NCBI GenBank assembly: GCA_025354385.1
Contig: JANXMZ010000033.1
Coordinates: 24,110 to 88,109, forward strand
From: Bacteroidota bacterium
GTDB lineage: Bacteria; Bacteroidota; Bacteroidia; NS11-12g; UBA955
DNA: 64,000 nucleotides
Direction: 5' to 3'
Each line of letters begins with the position of its first letter. Within the stretch, counting starts at the first letter, position 1. Positions 55,348 through 64,000 of this stretch are shown here, piece by piece. The notes under the pieces are model-generated. The model did no database searches. It was not told the origin of the DNA and saw nothing but the letters and a program-made list of their open reading frames with translations. The translations under genes and the position numbers were made by a program.

Positions 55348-55537
55348 TTCTAATTAAGATTGAAAAAACGGTTCTATCAACTTTAGGTGGATGGTTGACA
55401 TCATAACCATAAGCAATACTGTTTAAATAAGCCGCAGCATTTAATCTTTCGGCAACAGTTTTACTTTGCCAATATTTAAAATCATTGGGCTCCTCCTCCT
55501 TTTTAAAGGAACTAAAAACAGTTTTATCCATTTTCAT
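55340..55537 (-). CDS. Small hypothetical protein (65 aa), translationally coupled partner of the mini-NTase
   Basis: MKMDKTVFSSFKKEEEPNDFKYWQSKTVAERLNAAAYL... The stop overlaps the NTase start (ATGAGTAA). Confidence 0.55.
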   Translation of the reverse strand: MKMDKTVFSSFKKEEEPNDFKYWQSKTVAERLNAAAYLNSIAYGYDVNHPPKVDRTVFSILIRNE

Positions 55538-55563
55538 AATTTACAAATTTAATTAAAATAAAT

Positions 55564-56925
55564 TTACCCAAACAAATATTCAAAAGCTTCTTCGATTTTG
55601 CCAATCGTGATAACCTTCATTTTGGTTTTCATTTCTTCAATGCCTTTGTTGTATTTACTCACCATTATTTCTTTAAAACCCAATTTCTCGGCTTCGCTTA
55701 CCCTTTGTTCTATGCGCGATACAGCTCGCACCTCACCACTCAACCCAACCTCACCTGCAAATGCAATATCTGGACTTACTGGTAAATTTTCGTATGAAGA
55801 AAGAATGGCCGCTATAATGCCCAAATCCAATCCTGGATCTTCCATTTTCATACCTCCTGCTATGTTCACAAAAACATCTTTAGCACCCAATTGAAAACCA
55901 CATCTTTTTTCTAATACAGCCAACAACATGCTCAGTCTGCGCAAATCGAAACCATTGCTGGTTCTTTGTGGTGTACCATACACTGCACTGCTTACCAATG
56001 CTTGTGTTTCCAGCAAAATAGGGCGTATGCCTTCTACCGCACAACTGATGGTGATACCACTTAAATTCTCTTCGCGCTCGCTTATTAATATTTCTGAAGG
56101 ATTTTCTATTTCGCGCAAACCACTGCCGCGCATTTCATAAATACCAATTTCGCTGGCCGAACCAAAACGATTTTTCAAGGTTCTTAATATTCTGTAATTA
56201 TAATGTCTATCGCCTTCGAATTGCAATACTGTATCCACCATGTGTTCCAACACCTTTGGACCAGCAATATTGCCGTCCTTATTGATATGCCCAATCAAAA
56301 AAACAGGCACATTAGTAGCTTTGGCAAAACGCAATAATTCTGCCGTACATTCTTTAATCTGACTGATGCTCCCAGGAGGTGAATCAATATTTTCTGAAGA
56401 CAAGGTTTGAACAGAATCAATGATTAAAATTTCGGGTTCATCGTGCTGCAAATAACTCAATAAATTACTTAAAGAAGTTTCACACATTACATAACAATTG
56501 TCGTTGTGAATACCAATTCGCTCGGCACGCATTTTCAATTGCGACTCGCTTTCTTCGCCACTGATGTACAAAACTTTTTTCTGAACATTTAAAGCCAATT
56601 GTAACAATAAAGTAGATTTACCAATACCTGGCTCTCCTCCTATCAGTGTTATTGAACCCGTTACCAACCCACTCCCTAAAACTCTATTCAACTCATTGTC
56701 CGGCAATATCAAGCGGGTTTCATGTCCCTCTATAATTTCTTTTATTTTTTTAGGCTCAGCCCTTTGTTGCGGATTTTTACCCCATAGTTTTTTCTCTGTA
56801 CCTCCTTTGTTCACCACCTCTTCTGTAAAACTATTCCAAGCCTCGCATGAAGGGCATTTACCCAACCATTTATTGGCCACATGACCACATTCTTTACAAA
56901 AATACTTTACTATTGCCTTTGCCAT
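55564..56925 (-). CDS. radA: DNA repair protein RadA/Sms
   Basis: Zn finger CKECGHVANKWLGKCPSCEAW, Walker A GGEPGIGKST, KNRFG motif (LKNRFGSASEIG) and a Lon-like C-terminal domain. Confidence 0.95.
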   Translation of the reverse strand: MAKAIVKYFCKECGHVANKWLGKCPSCEAWNSFTEEVVNKGGTEKKLWGKNPQQRAEPKKIKEIIEGHETRLILPDNELNRVLGSGLVTGSITLIGGEPGIGKSTLLLQLALNVQKKVLYISGEESESQLKMRAERIGIHNDNCYVMCETSLSNLLSYLQHDEPEILIIDSVQTLSSENIDSPPGSISQIKECTAELLRFAKATNVPVFLIGHINKDGNIAGPKVLEHMVDTVLQFEGDRHYNYRILRTLKNRFGSASEIGIYEMRGSGLREIENPSEILISEREENLSGITISCAVEGIRPILLETQALVSSAVYGTPQRTSNGFDLRRLSMLLAVLEKRCGFQLGAKDVFVNIAGGMKMEDPGLDLGIIAAILSSYENLPVSPDIAFAGEVGLSGEVRAVSRIEQRVSEAEKLGFKEIMVSKYNKGIEEMKTKMKVITIGKIEEAFEYLFG

Positions 56926-57025
56926 TCTATGAATGCAAATGTGAGATTTTAATCAGACATATTTTGCATCGTGCATAATTATTTATCAAGTAAAAATATC
57001 CTTTCCATCTAATAATCCATGCCAT

Positions 57026-57880
57026 TTAAGAACAAGTTCTCAATGCAATAAATATCAAATATATTACTACCCATAACCACCTGTACTGGCTGTGCTCCTC
57101 ACTCAAACCATTAAAAGCCTTGTTATTTGATTTAATCAATTGCTTATGCTCTGGTTCACAATCTACGTATAAAAGATTATTGCTAACGTGATTCACAAAC
57201 TTAATATCCGTTTTTTGTAACCGTACAGTAAGGTTAATAAGCTCTACTACAATACAAGTTCTGTGATATTCCAATTCATCGGGCAACCAGTTGAGATAGC
57301 TATAAAAATCAGCATCCTCTAAAAACTCTAGTCTGGAAATACTAGGTTGATTATAATTGTCCTTATCAAGTTCATTTATAAAATCAGCCATGTGTCGCAA
57401 ATTATCATCAAGCAATCCAAAAACATGATCAGCCCCAACATATTTTATGGCCTCTAAAAATTTAAGAATTTCGTGAGGCCAATGGTAATGATTATTTTTT
57501 AGATTTATTTTTAATGCTGTTAATTCAGCATCTATGACAATGTCCTTAAAATTATCTGTAGTTTCCGGTTCATCAAAAACTACCTTTAAATTCTTTACGG
57601 GATTGGGTGCCTTTTTCGGTTGTTCACAAAAAGAAAGTATTTCCTTGTTTTTATACAATTGTAGGTGGGACTCTAAATCATCCAAATTTTTCAGTGTATC
57701 TATCTGTCCAATTATTTCATCTTTGGTATATTCCCTTTTATTAATATCAATGGTTGTAGAGCCGCTGAGATTAAACTCCGCCAACAATTTCTTCCTCAAA
57801 CGAATAATTTCCTGATGGCTCAATTGAATAGCATCTATATCAAAACTTTCTAAAATGTGTAGTGGTGACTTGTAACTCAA
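57026..57880 (-). CDS. Hypothetical tail-anchored membrane protein, third gene of the Hsp70-like operon
   Basis: 284 aa. TTG start 11 nt after the Hsp70-like stop. The only hydrophobic segment is at the extreme C-terminus (YRWLWVVIYLIFIALRTCS). The N-terminus SPLHILESFDIDAIQLSHQEIIRLRKKLLAEFNL is loosely J-domain-helix-like but has no HPD. Confidence 0.65.
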   Translation of the reverse strand: MSYKSPLHILESFDIDAIQLSHQEIIRLRKKLLAEFNLSGSTTIDINKREYTKDEIIGQIDTLKNLDDLESHLQLYKNKEILSFCEQPKKAPNPVKNLKVVFDEPETTDNFKDIVIDAELTALKINLKNNHYHWPHEILKFLEAIKYVGADHVFGLLDDNLRHMADFINELDKDNYNQPSISRLEFLEDADFYSYLNWLPDELEYHRTCIVVELINLTVRLQKTDIKFVNHVSNNLLYVDCEPEHKQLIKSNNKAFNGLSEEHSQYRWLWVVIYLIFIALRTCS

Positions 57881-57891
57881 ATTTTTACTAA

Positions 57892-60402
57892 TTATGACCC
57901 CAACCCAGTACCTTTAATTTTTTCAATTTCACTTCTCTCCTCTTTCAACTCAGCCCACATTTCTTTGCAGATAGATAACAACTCATTGTGATTACCTTTT
58001 TCCATGGCCTTATCACCTTTATCGAAGAGTTTCTTTACCTTGTTAAAATTATTGTAGTGACTGGCATCTAAGTCGCGGTGATGTAAAAAATTGCTAATTA
58101 AAAGTGAAGGGGTGGCATATACTAATTTACCATAAAACTTATCCAACTTTAAATAATAGGCATTCAATTGAAAATGATTGGTAGACTTTACAACATCACT
58201 ATTGGACAATTTCATGGCAATATATTCTTCCTTTAAGTTTCCGGGAACATCATTGTGCATTTCGATTACAAAGTCTAGCACATTTTTTATATTTTGAATT
58301 TTTTCTTTCTTTTCAAACACTGGACTGTTGTTCAATCCAATATTATAATATTGTGTAGCCAATCGCCTTTTTTTCTCATCCAGTTGATAACGACTTTCAT
58401 CCATATCGGTTTCTTTTAATTTGCCAACTTCTTTTATTAAAGTTTGAACCGATTCTAGTAAATCATTTAAAAATGCTGCCTTTTCATAATCATCTGTATC
58501 TAACGTTTTAGTAATAGATGCGTTAATTTCATTCTGCAGAGTCTTCAATTCATCGCGCAGTTTGGATAAGCTCACATATTTTACTTTTGGATTAAATACT
58601 TGCTGAAAAGTTTGATTGGTAAAATTAAGAATGGCATTTACTTTAATCTCCCTGCTTTCGGAAATTTCCAAGGTAATTTCAACATCCGAACCATATACCA
58701 AATCACTACTAATCATGTTTCCATTTACTTCTATTACACCAATTACTTTATTGGCACTTGGATGCACCGCTTGATTGCCTTCTAAAATATTAATAATGAC
58801 ACTATCATCTGACCCTTTTTTGATGGTTCTAGACAACTCTTTGAAAATGGTTTTCTTCAAAGGCAATAGGCTGTTTCTCGAAAAAATGACTTCGCTAAGG
58901 GTGGTATTGTTATTTGTATCATCTACTTCAATGCAGATATCTTCTGGCAGTGTTTGACCGTAAAGAGAAAATAAACCTTGTGTTATTTCTATCACTTGCG
59001 TGTTGAGCGAAATTTCATTCCCCGTTGCATCCAATAATTTAATGCTAAAAAAATTGACGGTATTCGGTTTCAACATTAAGAATTCACCTATTTTAACCGT
59101 TGCGTTTTTTAAACCACTGTCATAACCACCATCGTGTCGAACAATTCTATAGCGGCAATTGTCTGGCAAATTTTCAAAAACAGCAGTTATATACTCTTCC
59201 ATATCCTTGGTTGTTTTATTATAGGCTGTTTTTATTGTTAAACTCTCTGCATTATTTTCCAAAAACGGTCTATTTTCTTGCTCACTTTGCAACAACCTTA
59301 GTTTTGAACCCGCGTAATATGCTGCACCAACGGCAACTGCTGTTGTTGGATCTGCAGAATAATTAACGGGTATACCAGTACTTTCTTCAACTCTTTTTCT
59401 TACATAAGGAATTAGAGTACTTCCGCCAATCAAAATAATATTCTTTATGTCTTCTTGCTGAATGCTATTGCGTTCAAATATCTTTTGAATAAAGGCAATT
59501 GTATATTGAATCTTATCTTCTATTAGGGCTTCAAAATCTGTTCTGCTAATTTCAAAATAAATTTCTTTGGTCTCACTCCCCTCTGCTTCAAAAGTAAATT
59601 CCACCTCCACATTGTCCTTGAAACTTAATTCCTTTTTCGCTTCTTCTGCTTTTAACAACAACACATAATACAATTTCTCGTATGGCCCATTGCGCTGATT
59701 AATGAGACGCACTAGATCTGTTTTCCCAGTTATCTGTTCCAAGCGAGGCAGAATTAAATGGCGAACCATCAGCTGATCAAAATCCACACCTCCCAAAAAA
59801 TTATCACCTTCGTGATCTATCACACGCATCTCATCCTCATCAATCGTAATAAGAGCAACATCAAAAGTACCACCACCCAAATCGTACACCAACCATTTTC
59901 CGAAGCTTTCTAAATCGTTCATTTTTTCATTAAAAAAAGCCAAAGATGCTGCTATGGGCTCTTGCAATAAAACCACTTCTTCAAATCCTGCTTCTAATCC
60001 TGCCTCTTTGGTGGCATTGCATTGCACGGTATCAAAACTTGCAGGTATGGTAACCACTATGCTCCTTGGCTTTTCGCCCGAAGGAATAAAATTCTTGAGT
60101 TCCTTCAATACAAGCGCTGATAAATTTGCTGGTGAATAATAACTCATGAGCGAAGGAATGAGATATTTTTCTGAAGTGCCCATCTTTCTTTTGAAAGATG
60201 AAAAAACATTCAAAGGGTCTTTAACAATATATTCTCTGGCCTTATCGCCAATGAGTATTCTTTCGCCCCTAAACCCAACGCAACTTGGCAAGGTTTCTTT
60301 AAAGCCAATGGGGTTTTTGTATACTTCCACCTTGCCTTTGTCAAATTTTGCAATTAAGGAATTAGTAGTTCCTAAATCAATGCCGTAATCAATTGTTTTC
60401 AT
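57892..60402 (-). CDS. Atypical Hsp70-family protein (836 aa): canonical actin-like NBD, an inserted domain, an SBD-beta-like region and a long helical C-terminus
   Basis: NBD motifs GIDLGTTNS, VVTIPASF, DLGGGTFDV and IILIGGSTLIPYV. After residue ~375 there is a ~120-aa segment with no DnaK counterpart. LPEDICIEVDD...INILEGNQAVHPSANKVIG...EITLEISESREIKV then resembles SBD-beta. Confidence 0.88.
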   Translation of the reverse strand: MKTIDYGIDLGTTNSLIAKFDKGKVEVYKNPIGFKETLPSCVGFRGERILIGDKAREYIVKDPLNVFSSFKRKMGTSEKYLIPSLMSYYSPANLSALVLKELKNFIPSGEKPRSIVVTIPASFDTVQCNATKEAGLEAGFEEVVLLQEPIAASLAFFNEKMNDLESFGKWLVYDLGGGTFDVALITIDEDEMRVIDHEGDNFLGGVDFDQLMVRHLILPRLEQITGKTDLVRLINQRNGPYEKLYYVLLLKAEEAKKELSFKDNVEVEFTFEAEGSETKEIYFEISRTDFEALIEDKIQYTIAFIQKIFERNSIQQEDIKNIILIGGSTLIPYVRKRVEESTGIPVNYSADPTTAVAVGAAYYAGSKLRLLQSEQENRPFLENNAESLTIKTAYNKTTKDMEEYITAVFENLPDNCRYRIVRHDGGYDSGLKNATVKIGEFLMLKPNTVNFFSIKLLDATGNEISLNTQVIEITQGLFSLYGQTLPEDICIEVDDTNNNTTLSEVIFSRNSLLPLKKTIFKELSRTIKKGSDDSVIINILEGNQAVHPSANKVIGVIEVNGNMISSDLVYGSDVEITLEISESREIKVNAILNFTNQTFQQVFNPKVKYVSLSKLRDELKTLQNEINASITKTLDTDDYEKAAFLNDLLESVQTLIKEVGKLKETDMDESRYQLDEKKRRLATQYYNIGLNNSPVFEKKEKIQNIKNVLDFVIEMHNDVPGNLKEEYIAMKLSNSDVVKSTNHFQLNAYYLKLDKFYGKLVYATPSLLISNFLHHRDLDASHYNNFNKVKKLFDKGDKAMEKGNHNELLSICKEMWAELKEERSEIEKIKGTGLGS

Positions 60403-60711
60403 TTAGTTTTTATTGGCCTCCACCATAACGATGCCTTGTTGAACAATGATGTGATTGTGGTAAATAACAGGTTTTACAATTTGTGTAATGCGCATATCTT
60501 CTCCAATTTCTCCAACAATATTGGCCACTACATCCGTTCGGGTATCGTTGTATTTTTCGCCAATCGGCAAACTGTATTCATAGCCAATGCCCTGCCACTC
60601 CAACTTTATCCTATGAATAATTCTTTGAATACTCTCATCCGTATTGTCCTTTTTTAATTTCATTTCGAGCAGGGCAAATTGGTTAATAATTGATATGGTT
60701 TCCTTTATCAT
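60403..60711 (-). CDS. Truncated GrpE-like protein (102 aa; four-helix-bundle end plus beta-domain, no long N-terminal coiled coil)
   Basis: The stop abuts the Hsp70-like start (TAAATG). GIGYEYSLPIGEKYNDTRTDVVANIVGEIGEDMRITQIVKPVIYHNHIIVQQGIVMVEA follows the GrpE C-terminal pattern (G.E.I...G..FDP..H.A......V..V...GY......R.A.V.V). This call rests on alignment by eye. Confidence 0.6.
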   Translation of the reverse strand: MIKETISIINQFALLEMKLKKDNTDESIQRIIHRIKLEWQGIGYEYSLPIGEKYNDTRTDVVANIVGEIGEDMRITQIVKPVIYHNHIIVQQGIVMVEANKN

Positions 60712-60887
60712 AATCCAATTTCAAACATACAAATTGAAATGGTAATAAAAAAGCCTTTCAACCCCATAAAACTTTATTTTATTGGCATAAAGCTCCAATG
60801 AATCTCATCTTGTTATCAACCCCATTGCAATAATTTCGCTCAAATTGCTTTGTTTTGAAGTTGAATTTCAAGTTTAACCAAGCAAAT

Positions 60888-62072
60888 ATGTCTATTATAC
60901 TTTTTGACGATGCAACGACCGAACATCTAAGCCCATTTACATTGACGCGGGCTGCAGCTGATATTCGCTGTGGTATACTCACCATTGCAGAAAAATGGGA
61001 GAAACATTTATTGCAAGATATTGGCATAATGGCACAAGCTCATTTAGTAAAAAAGTACCATTCAACACTTGGCGAAGACAATCTTTTTATCAATGGTCGC
61101 TTATTACCTCAGGCACATCTTATTAGCGAAATACAAGCTTTACAATTGGGAGAAGCTCTGCTACAAGACGATATTGTATTGGCATACAGGGCTGAGCATG
61201 TTTCGCAAAATTTCCAACAAACATTTCAATACAAGGAGGCCCTTTTAATCAATCGCATTCACAATATTTTTTCTTACAACCAACAAGAAATCGTCAATGA
61301 TTTTTTATTATTAACTAAAGATAGAACCACTTTTACATTGAGCGAAAGCAACAAACAATTCGGTGCCTTCCCTGTGTTTGTGGAAGCTGGAGTAAAAGCA
61401 GAAGCCGCTATTTTTAATACAACAGAAGGCCCTATTTATTTAGGCATAGACAGCGAAGTAATGGAAGGCGCTATGATACGCGGACCATTTGCTTTATGCG
61501 AGCATTCAACTGTAAAAATGGGTGCTAAAATTTATACAGGTACCACCATTGGTCCTCATAGTAAAGTGGGTGGCGAAGTTAGCAACTCTGTTATTTTTGG
61601 ATACTCTAACAAAGGTCACGATGGCTTCTTGGGCAATTCCGTTTTAGGTGAGTGGTGCAACCTAGGAGCCGATACTAATAACAGCAATCTTAAAAATAAT
61701 TACGAAGATGTAAAGCTTTGGAATTATGCTACTGGTAATTTCGAAAAAACTGGTTTGCAATTTTGTGGACTGATGATGGGCGACCATAGCAAATGTGGCA
61801 TCAATACCATGTTTAATACTGGTACTGTTGTTGGCGTTTCGGCCAATATTTTTGGTTCAGGTTTTCCGCGCAATTTTGTACCTTCATTTGCATGGGGCGG
61901 TGCTACTGGTTTTGAAACTTACGCTCCTAAAAAAGCATTCCAAACTGCCGAAAAAGTAATGCAACGCAGAGGCCTATCACTCACAGAAATTGATAAAGAA
62001 ATTTTAGAAAGTATATTTGCAAAAGAATCAGGATACAGGTCGTGGGAGACCATTACAAACAAAAATCTTTAA
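60888..62072 (+). CDS. GlmU-like putative sugar nucleotidyltransferase / left-handed beta-helix protein
   Basis: MSIILFDDATTEHLSPFTLTRAAADIRCGILT N-terminus plus C-terminal hexapeptide repeats (IGPHSKVGGEVSNSVIFGYSNKGHDGFLGNSVLGEWCNLGA). The ATG at 60888 is preferred over the TTG at 60855. Confidence 0.8.
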   Translation: MSIILFDDATTEHLSPFTLTRAAADIRCGILTIAEKWEKHLLQDIGIMAQAHLVKKYHSTLGEDNLFINGRLLPQAHLISEIQALQLGEALLQDDIVLAYRAEHVSQNFQQTFQYKEALLINRIHNIFSYNQQEIVNDFLLLTKDRTTFTLSESNKQFGAFPVFVEAGVKAEAAIFNTTEGPIYLGIDSEVMEGAMIRGPFALCEHSTVKMGAKIYTGTTIGPHSKVGGEVSNSVIFGYSNKGHDGFLGNSVLGEWCNLGADTNNSNLKNNYEDVKLWNYATGNFEKTGLQFCGLMMGDHSKCGINTMFNTGTVVGVSANIFGSGFPRNFVPSFAWGGATGFETYAPKKAFQTAEKVMQRRGLSLTEIDKEILESIFAKESGYRSWETITNKNL

Positions 62073-62101
62073 GGATAGATTACTAAGAAATTTAAACAAC
62101 C

Positions 62102-62860
62102 ATGAACAGAAAAAAAATAGCCGCAGGCAATTGGAAAATGCACAAGACCTTCACAGAGGGTCAAGGTTTGGTTCAAGAAATTAGAACCATGGCAGAAACA
62201 GAACTAATGAACAACGCACAACTTCTGATTTTTCCGCCCTACATTCACTTACAAAGTTTAGCCAAACAACTAGAAGGTTCTAATATTGGCATAGGTGCGC
62301 AAAACATACATCAAAATGAACAAGGTGCTTATACTGGTGAAATATCTGCAGCCATGCTTACTTCTATCGGCATTCATTACACTTTGGTGGGCCATAGCGA
62401 ACGCAGACAATATTACAACGAAACCAACGAGAGCTGTGCCGCAAAAATTGTAACCGCTTTAAAACACAATATTGTTCCGGTATATTGTATTGGAGAAACA
62501 TTGGCAGAACGCGAAGCCAATCAACATTTCAGCATTGTAGAAACACAGTTAGGCGCTTTAAAAGGATTGAGTAACGAAGGCATAACAATTTGCATTATTG
62601 CCTACGAACCCGTTTGGGCCATTGGCACAGGAGTTACAGCCTCTTCTGCACAAGCCAACGAAATGCATATTCACATTAGAAAAGTGATAGCGGGATTATT
62701 TACCGAAAATGTTGCCCAAGGCATCTCTATTTTGTATGGAGGCAGTGTAAAACCAGAAAATGCGAAAGAATTATTTGCACAATCTGATATTGATGGTGCG
62801 CTTATTGGCGGTGCGGCCTTGGCCTCCCGCGATTTCATCAACATCGCTAAATCGTTTTAA
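62102..62860 (+). CDS. tpiA: Triose-phosphate isomerase
   Basis: AAGNWKMHKT, VGHSERR, AYEPVWAIGTG and GGSVKPEN motifs. Confidence 0.95.
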   Translation: MNRKKIAAGNWKMHKTFTEGQGLVQEIRTMAETELMNNAQLLIFPPYIHLQSLAKQLEGSNIGIGAQNIHQNEQGAYTGEISAAMLTSIGIHYTLVGHSERRQYYNETNESCAAKIVTALKHNIVPVYCIGETLAEREANQHFSIVETQLGALKGLSNEGITICIIAYEPVWAIGTGVTASSAQANEMHIHIRKVIAGLFTENVAQGISILYGGSVKPENAKELFAQSDIDGALIGGAALASRDFINIAKSF

Positions 62861-62863
62861 GTT

Positions 62864-63502
62864 TTGCCTCAATTTCCTGGCATTAAAGATTTACAGTATT
62901 TTGAGGTCGTATTCTTCGACCTCGACAATACACTTTATGCCTACGATCCTGCTCATAAAACTGCTTTAGACAGAGCACTCATGCATTTTGCAATGCAATA
63001 CGACATGACGGTTGAAAACACCCTTAACTTGTATAAAAATGCTCGCAAAGAAATTAATCACCGCTTGCATGGACAGGCCGCCTCTCACAGTCGTCTATTA
63101 TACTTTAAAGAAATGATTCAGGCTTTAAAAAATACACGCGTATTATCCGAAGCTCTGAAATTTGAAAAGCTATATTGGCAATATTTTTTATCGGAAATAA
63201 CCATCAATAAAGAGGCTTTAAAGCTCATTAAACAATTGGAAAGAAAAGGAATTCGAATGGGTATAATTACAGACCTTACCACCCAAATTCAATTGCAGAA
63301 AATGAAAAAACTAAAGATTGAAAATTATTTTGAGCATTTGATAACCTCTGAAGAAGTTGGGGTAGAAAAACCACATCCTGTGATTTTTAATTATGCACTT
63401 GAAAAATTTAATGCAGATGCAGAAAATTGCGCCATCGTTGGCGATAACATAAAAACAGATGGTGGTGCCGAGCATGTAGGCATAAAGTGTTTTCTTATTT
63501 AA
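62864..63502 (+). CDS. HAD-superfamily hydrolase (subfamily IA-like)
   Basis: VVFFDLDNTLY (DxD motif I), ITDLT (motif II) and VGDNIKTD (motif IV). The start codon is uncertain (TTG at 62864). Confidence 0.8.
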   Translation: MPQFPGIKDLQYFEVVFFDLDNTLYAYDPAHKTALDRALMHFAMQYDMTVENTLNLYKNARKEINHRLHGQAASHSRLLYFKEMIQALKNTRVLSEALKFEKLYWQYFLSEITINKEALKLIKQLERKGIRMGIITDLTTQIQLQKMKKLKIENYFEHLITSEEVGVEKPHPVIFNYALEKFNADAENCAIVGDNIKTDGGAEHVGIKCFLI

Positions 63503-63514
63503 AAAAGTAAATTT

Positions 63515-64000
63515 ATGAAATCTGATTCTGAAGCAAGCTATTTAAAACTAATAGATTATTTTGAAAAGAAGACCACTTTAACCGAAGGTGAAAAAACTGC
63601 CATCAAGTCTTCCTACAAAATAAAAAAGATTAAGAAGAAAGAATACCTTTTTCAACAAGGCGAAATTTGCAAATACGAGGGCTTCGTTTCCCAAGGTTCT
63701 TTTCGCACTTATTATACGGATGATAAAGACTTAGAACATGTGCTCTATTTTGCTTTCGAAAATTGGTGGGTAGGCGATATTGCTTCTTTTAATGAAGAAG
63801 AAGCTTCTGGCCAAAATGTACAAGCATTGCAAGACAGCGAACTTTTAGTCATAGATAAACCTGCGAAAGAAAAATTATTCAAATCCATTCCTGCACTCGA
63901 AAAAGTATTCAGAGTAATTACCCAAAAGCATTTAACCGTATTGCAAAAAAGATTTTTAATGACAGTAAGTTCTAATGCCGAGGCCCGTTTTAATGAACTG
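63515..64000 (+). CDS. Crp/Fnr-family regulator (cyclic-nucleotide-binding domain); 3' end lies outside the window
   Basis: ATG at 63515. KKKEYLFQQGEICKYEGFVSQGSFRTYY...LYFAFENWWVGD...ELLVI gives a cNMP-binding beta-barrel pattern. The ORF is open to the window end. Confidence 0.8.
   Translation, partial: MKSDSEASYLKLIDYFEKKTTLTEGEKTAIKSSYKIKKIKKKEYLFQQGEICKYEGFVSQGSFRTYYTDDKDLEHVLYFAFENWWVGDIASFNEEEASGQNVQALQDSELLVIDKPAKEKLFKSIPALEKVFRVITQKHLTVLQKRFLMTVSSNAEARFNEL

Noticed and set aside
1-64000. tRNA, rRNA, tmRNA, riboswitch, integrase or prophage content
   Set aside because: I scanned the intergenic regions by eye for T-arm-like GGTTCGAATCC motifs, conserved riboswitch cores and recombinase genes and found none. 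Apart from the RAYT there is no transposase. This is a visual scan only; tRNAscan-SE and Infernal would be decisive.

Overview
This is a low-GC chromosomal segment of Bacteroidota type. The evidence is T9SS type-A and type-B C-terminal sorting domains, a CarboxypepD_reg/plug TonB-dependent receptor, a TAnnTTTG-like -7 box and many TTG/GTG starts. All family calls below come from reading motifs in the supplied translations; no database search or HMM was run.

Gene content, in order:
- 1-9.3 kb: a partial TonB-dependent receptor, an Asp-box propeller T9SS cargo, sugar-nucleotide and housekeeping genes (hexapeptide acetyltransferase, galE, aminotransferase, aroE, DedA) and a POT peptide transporter.
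- 9.5-14.7 kb: a small stress/xenobiotic islet (ArsR, two SRPBCC proteins, MATE, acyltransferase-3, GNAT, PhnA-like, DinB).
- 14.9-25.5 kb: a Wzx/Wzy-type polysaccharide locus. It contains a nonsense-interrupted GT4 gene, two Wzy/O-antigen-ligase-like proteins and a terminal module of an NTase-like protein, a B12-radical-SAM enzyme and a methyltransferase. A pair of structured repeats splits that module.
- 25.6-32.5 kb: pbpC, a propeller/Y_Y_Y histidine kinase with a LytTR response regulator, and a TetR regulator.
- 32.5-34.1 kb: a REP-associated tyrosine transposase flanked by inverted REP hairpins.
- 34.2-49.6 kb: a 2789-aa PKD-array T9SS type-B adhesin, a second Asp-box T9SS cargo, and a 1880-aa thioester alpha-2-macroglobulin lipoprotein.
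- 49.8-64 kb: patatin, GT2, a GxxExxY protein next to a 194-bp tandem duplication, gpsA, a DAACS symporter, a small overlapping pair (65 aa plus a minimal nucleotidyltransferase), radA, the Hsp70 operon described below, a GlmU-like transferase, tpiA, a HAD hydrolase and a partial Crp/Fnr regulator.

No rRNA, tRNA, CRISPR array, integrase or prophage was recognised.

The best candidate for an undescribed system is the three-gene minus-strand operon at 57026-60711. It encodes a truncated GrpE-like protein, an 836-aa atypical Hsp70 and a tail-anchored partner protein. Secondary candidates are the mini-NTase pair, the REPtron with its shared hairpin family, the radical-SAM tailoring module, and a possible LytTR operator in front of the giant adhesin.
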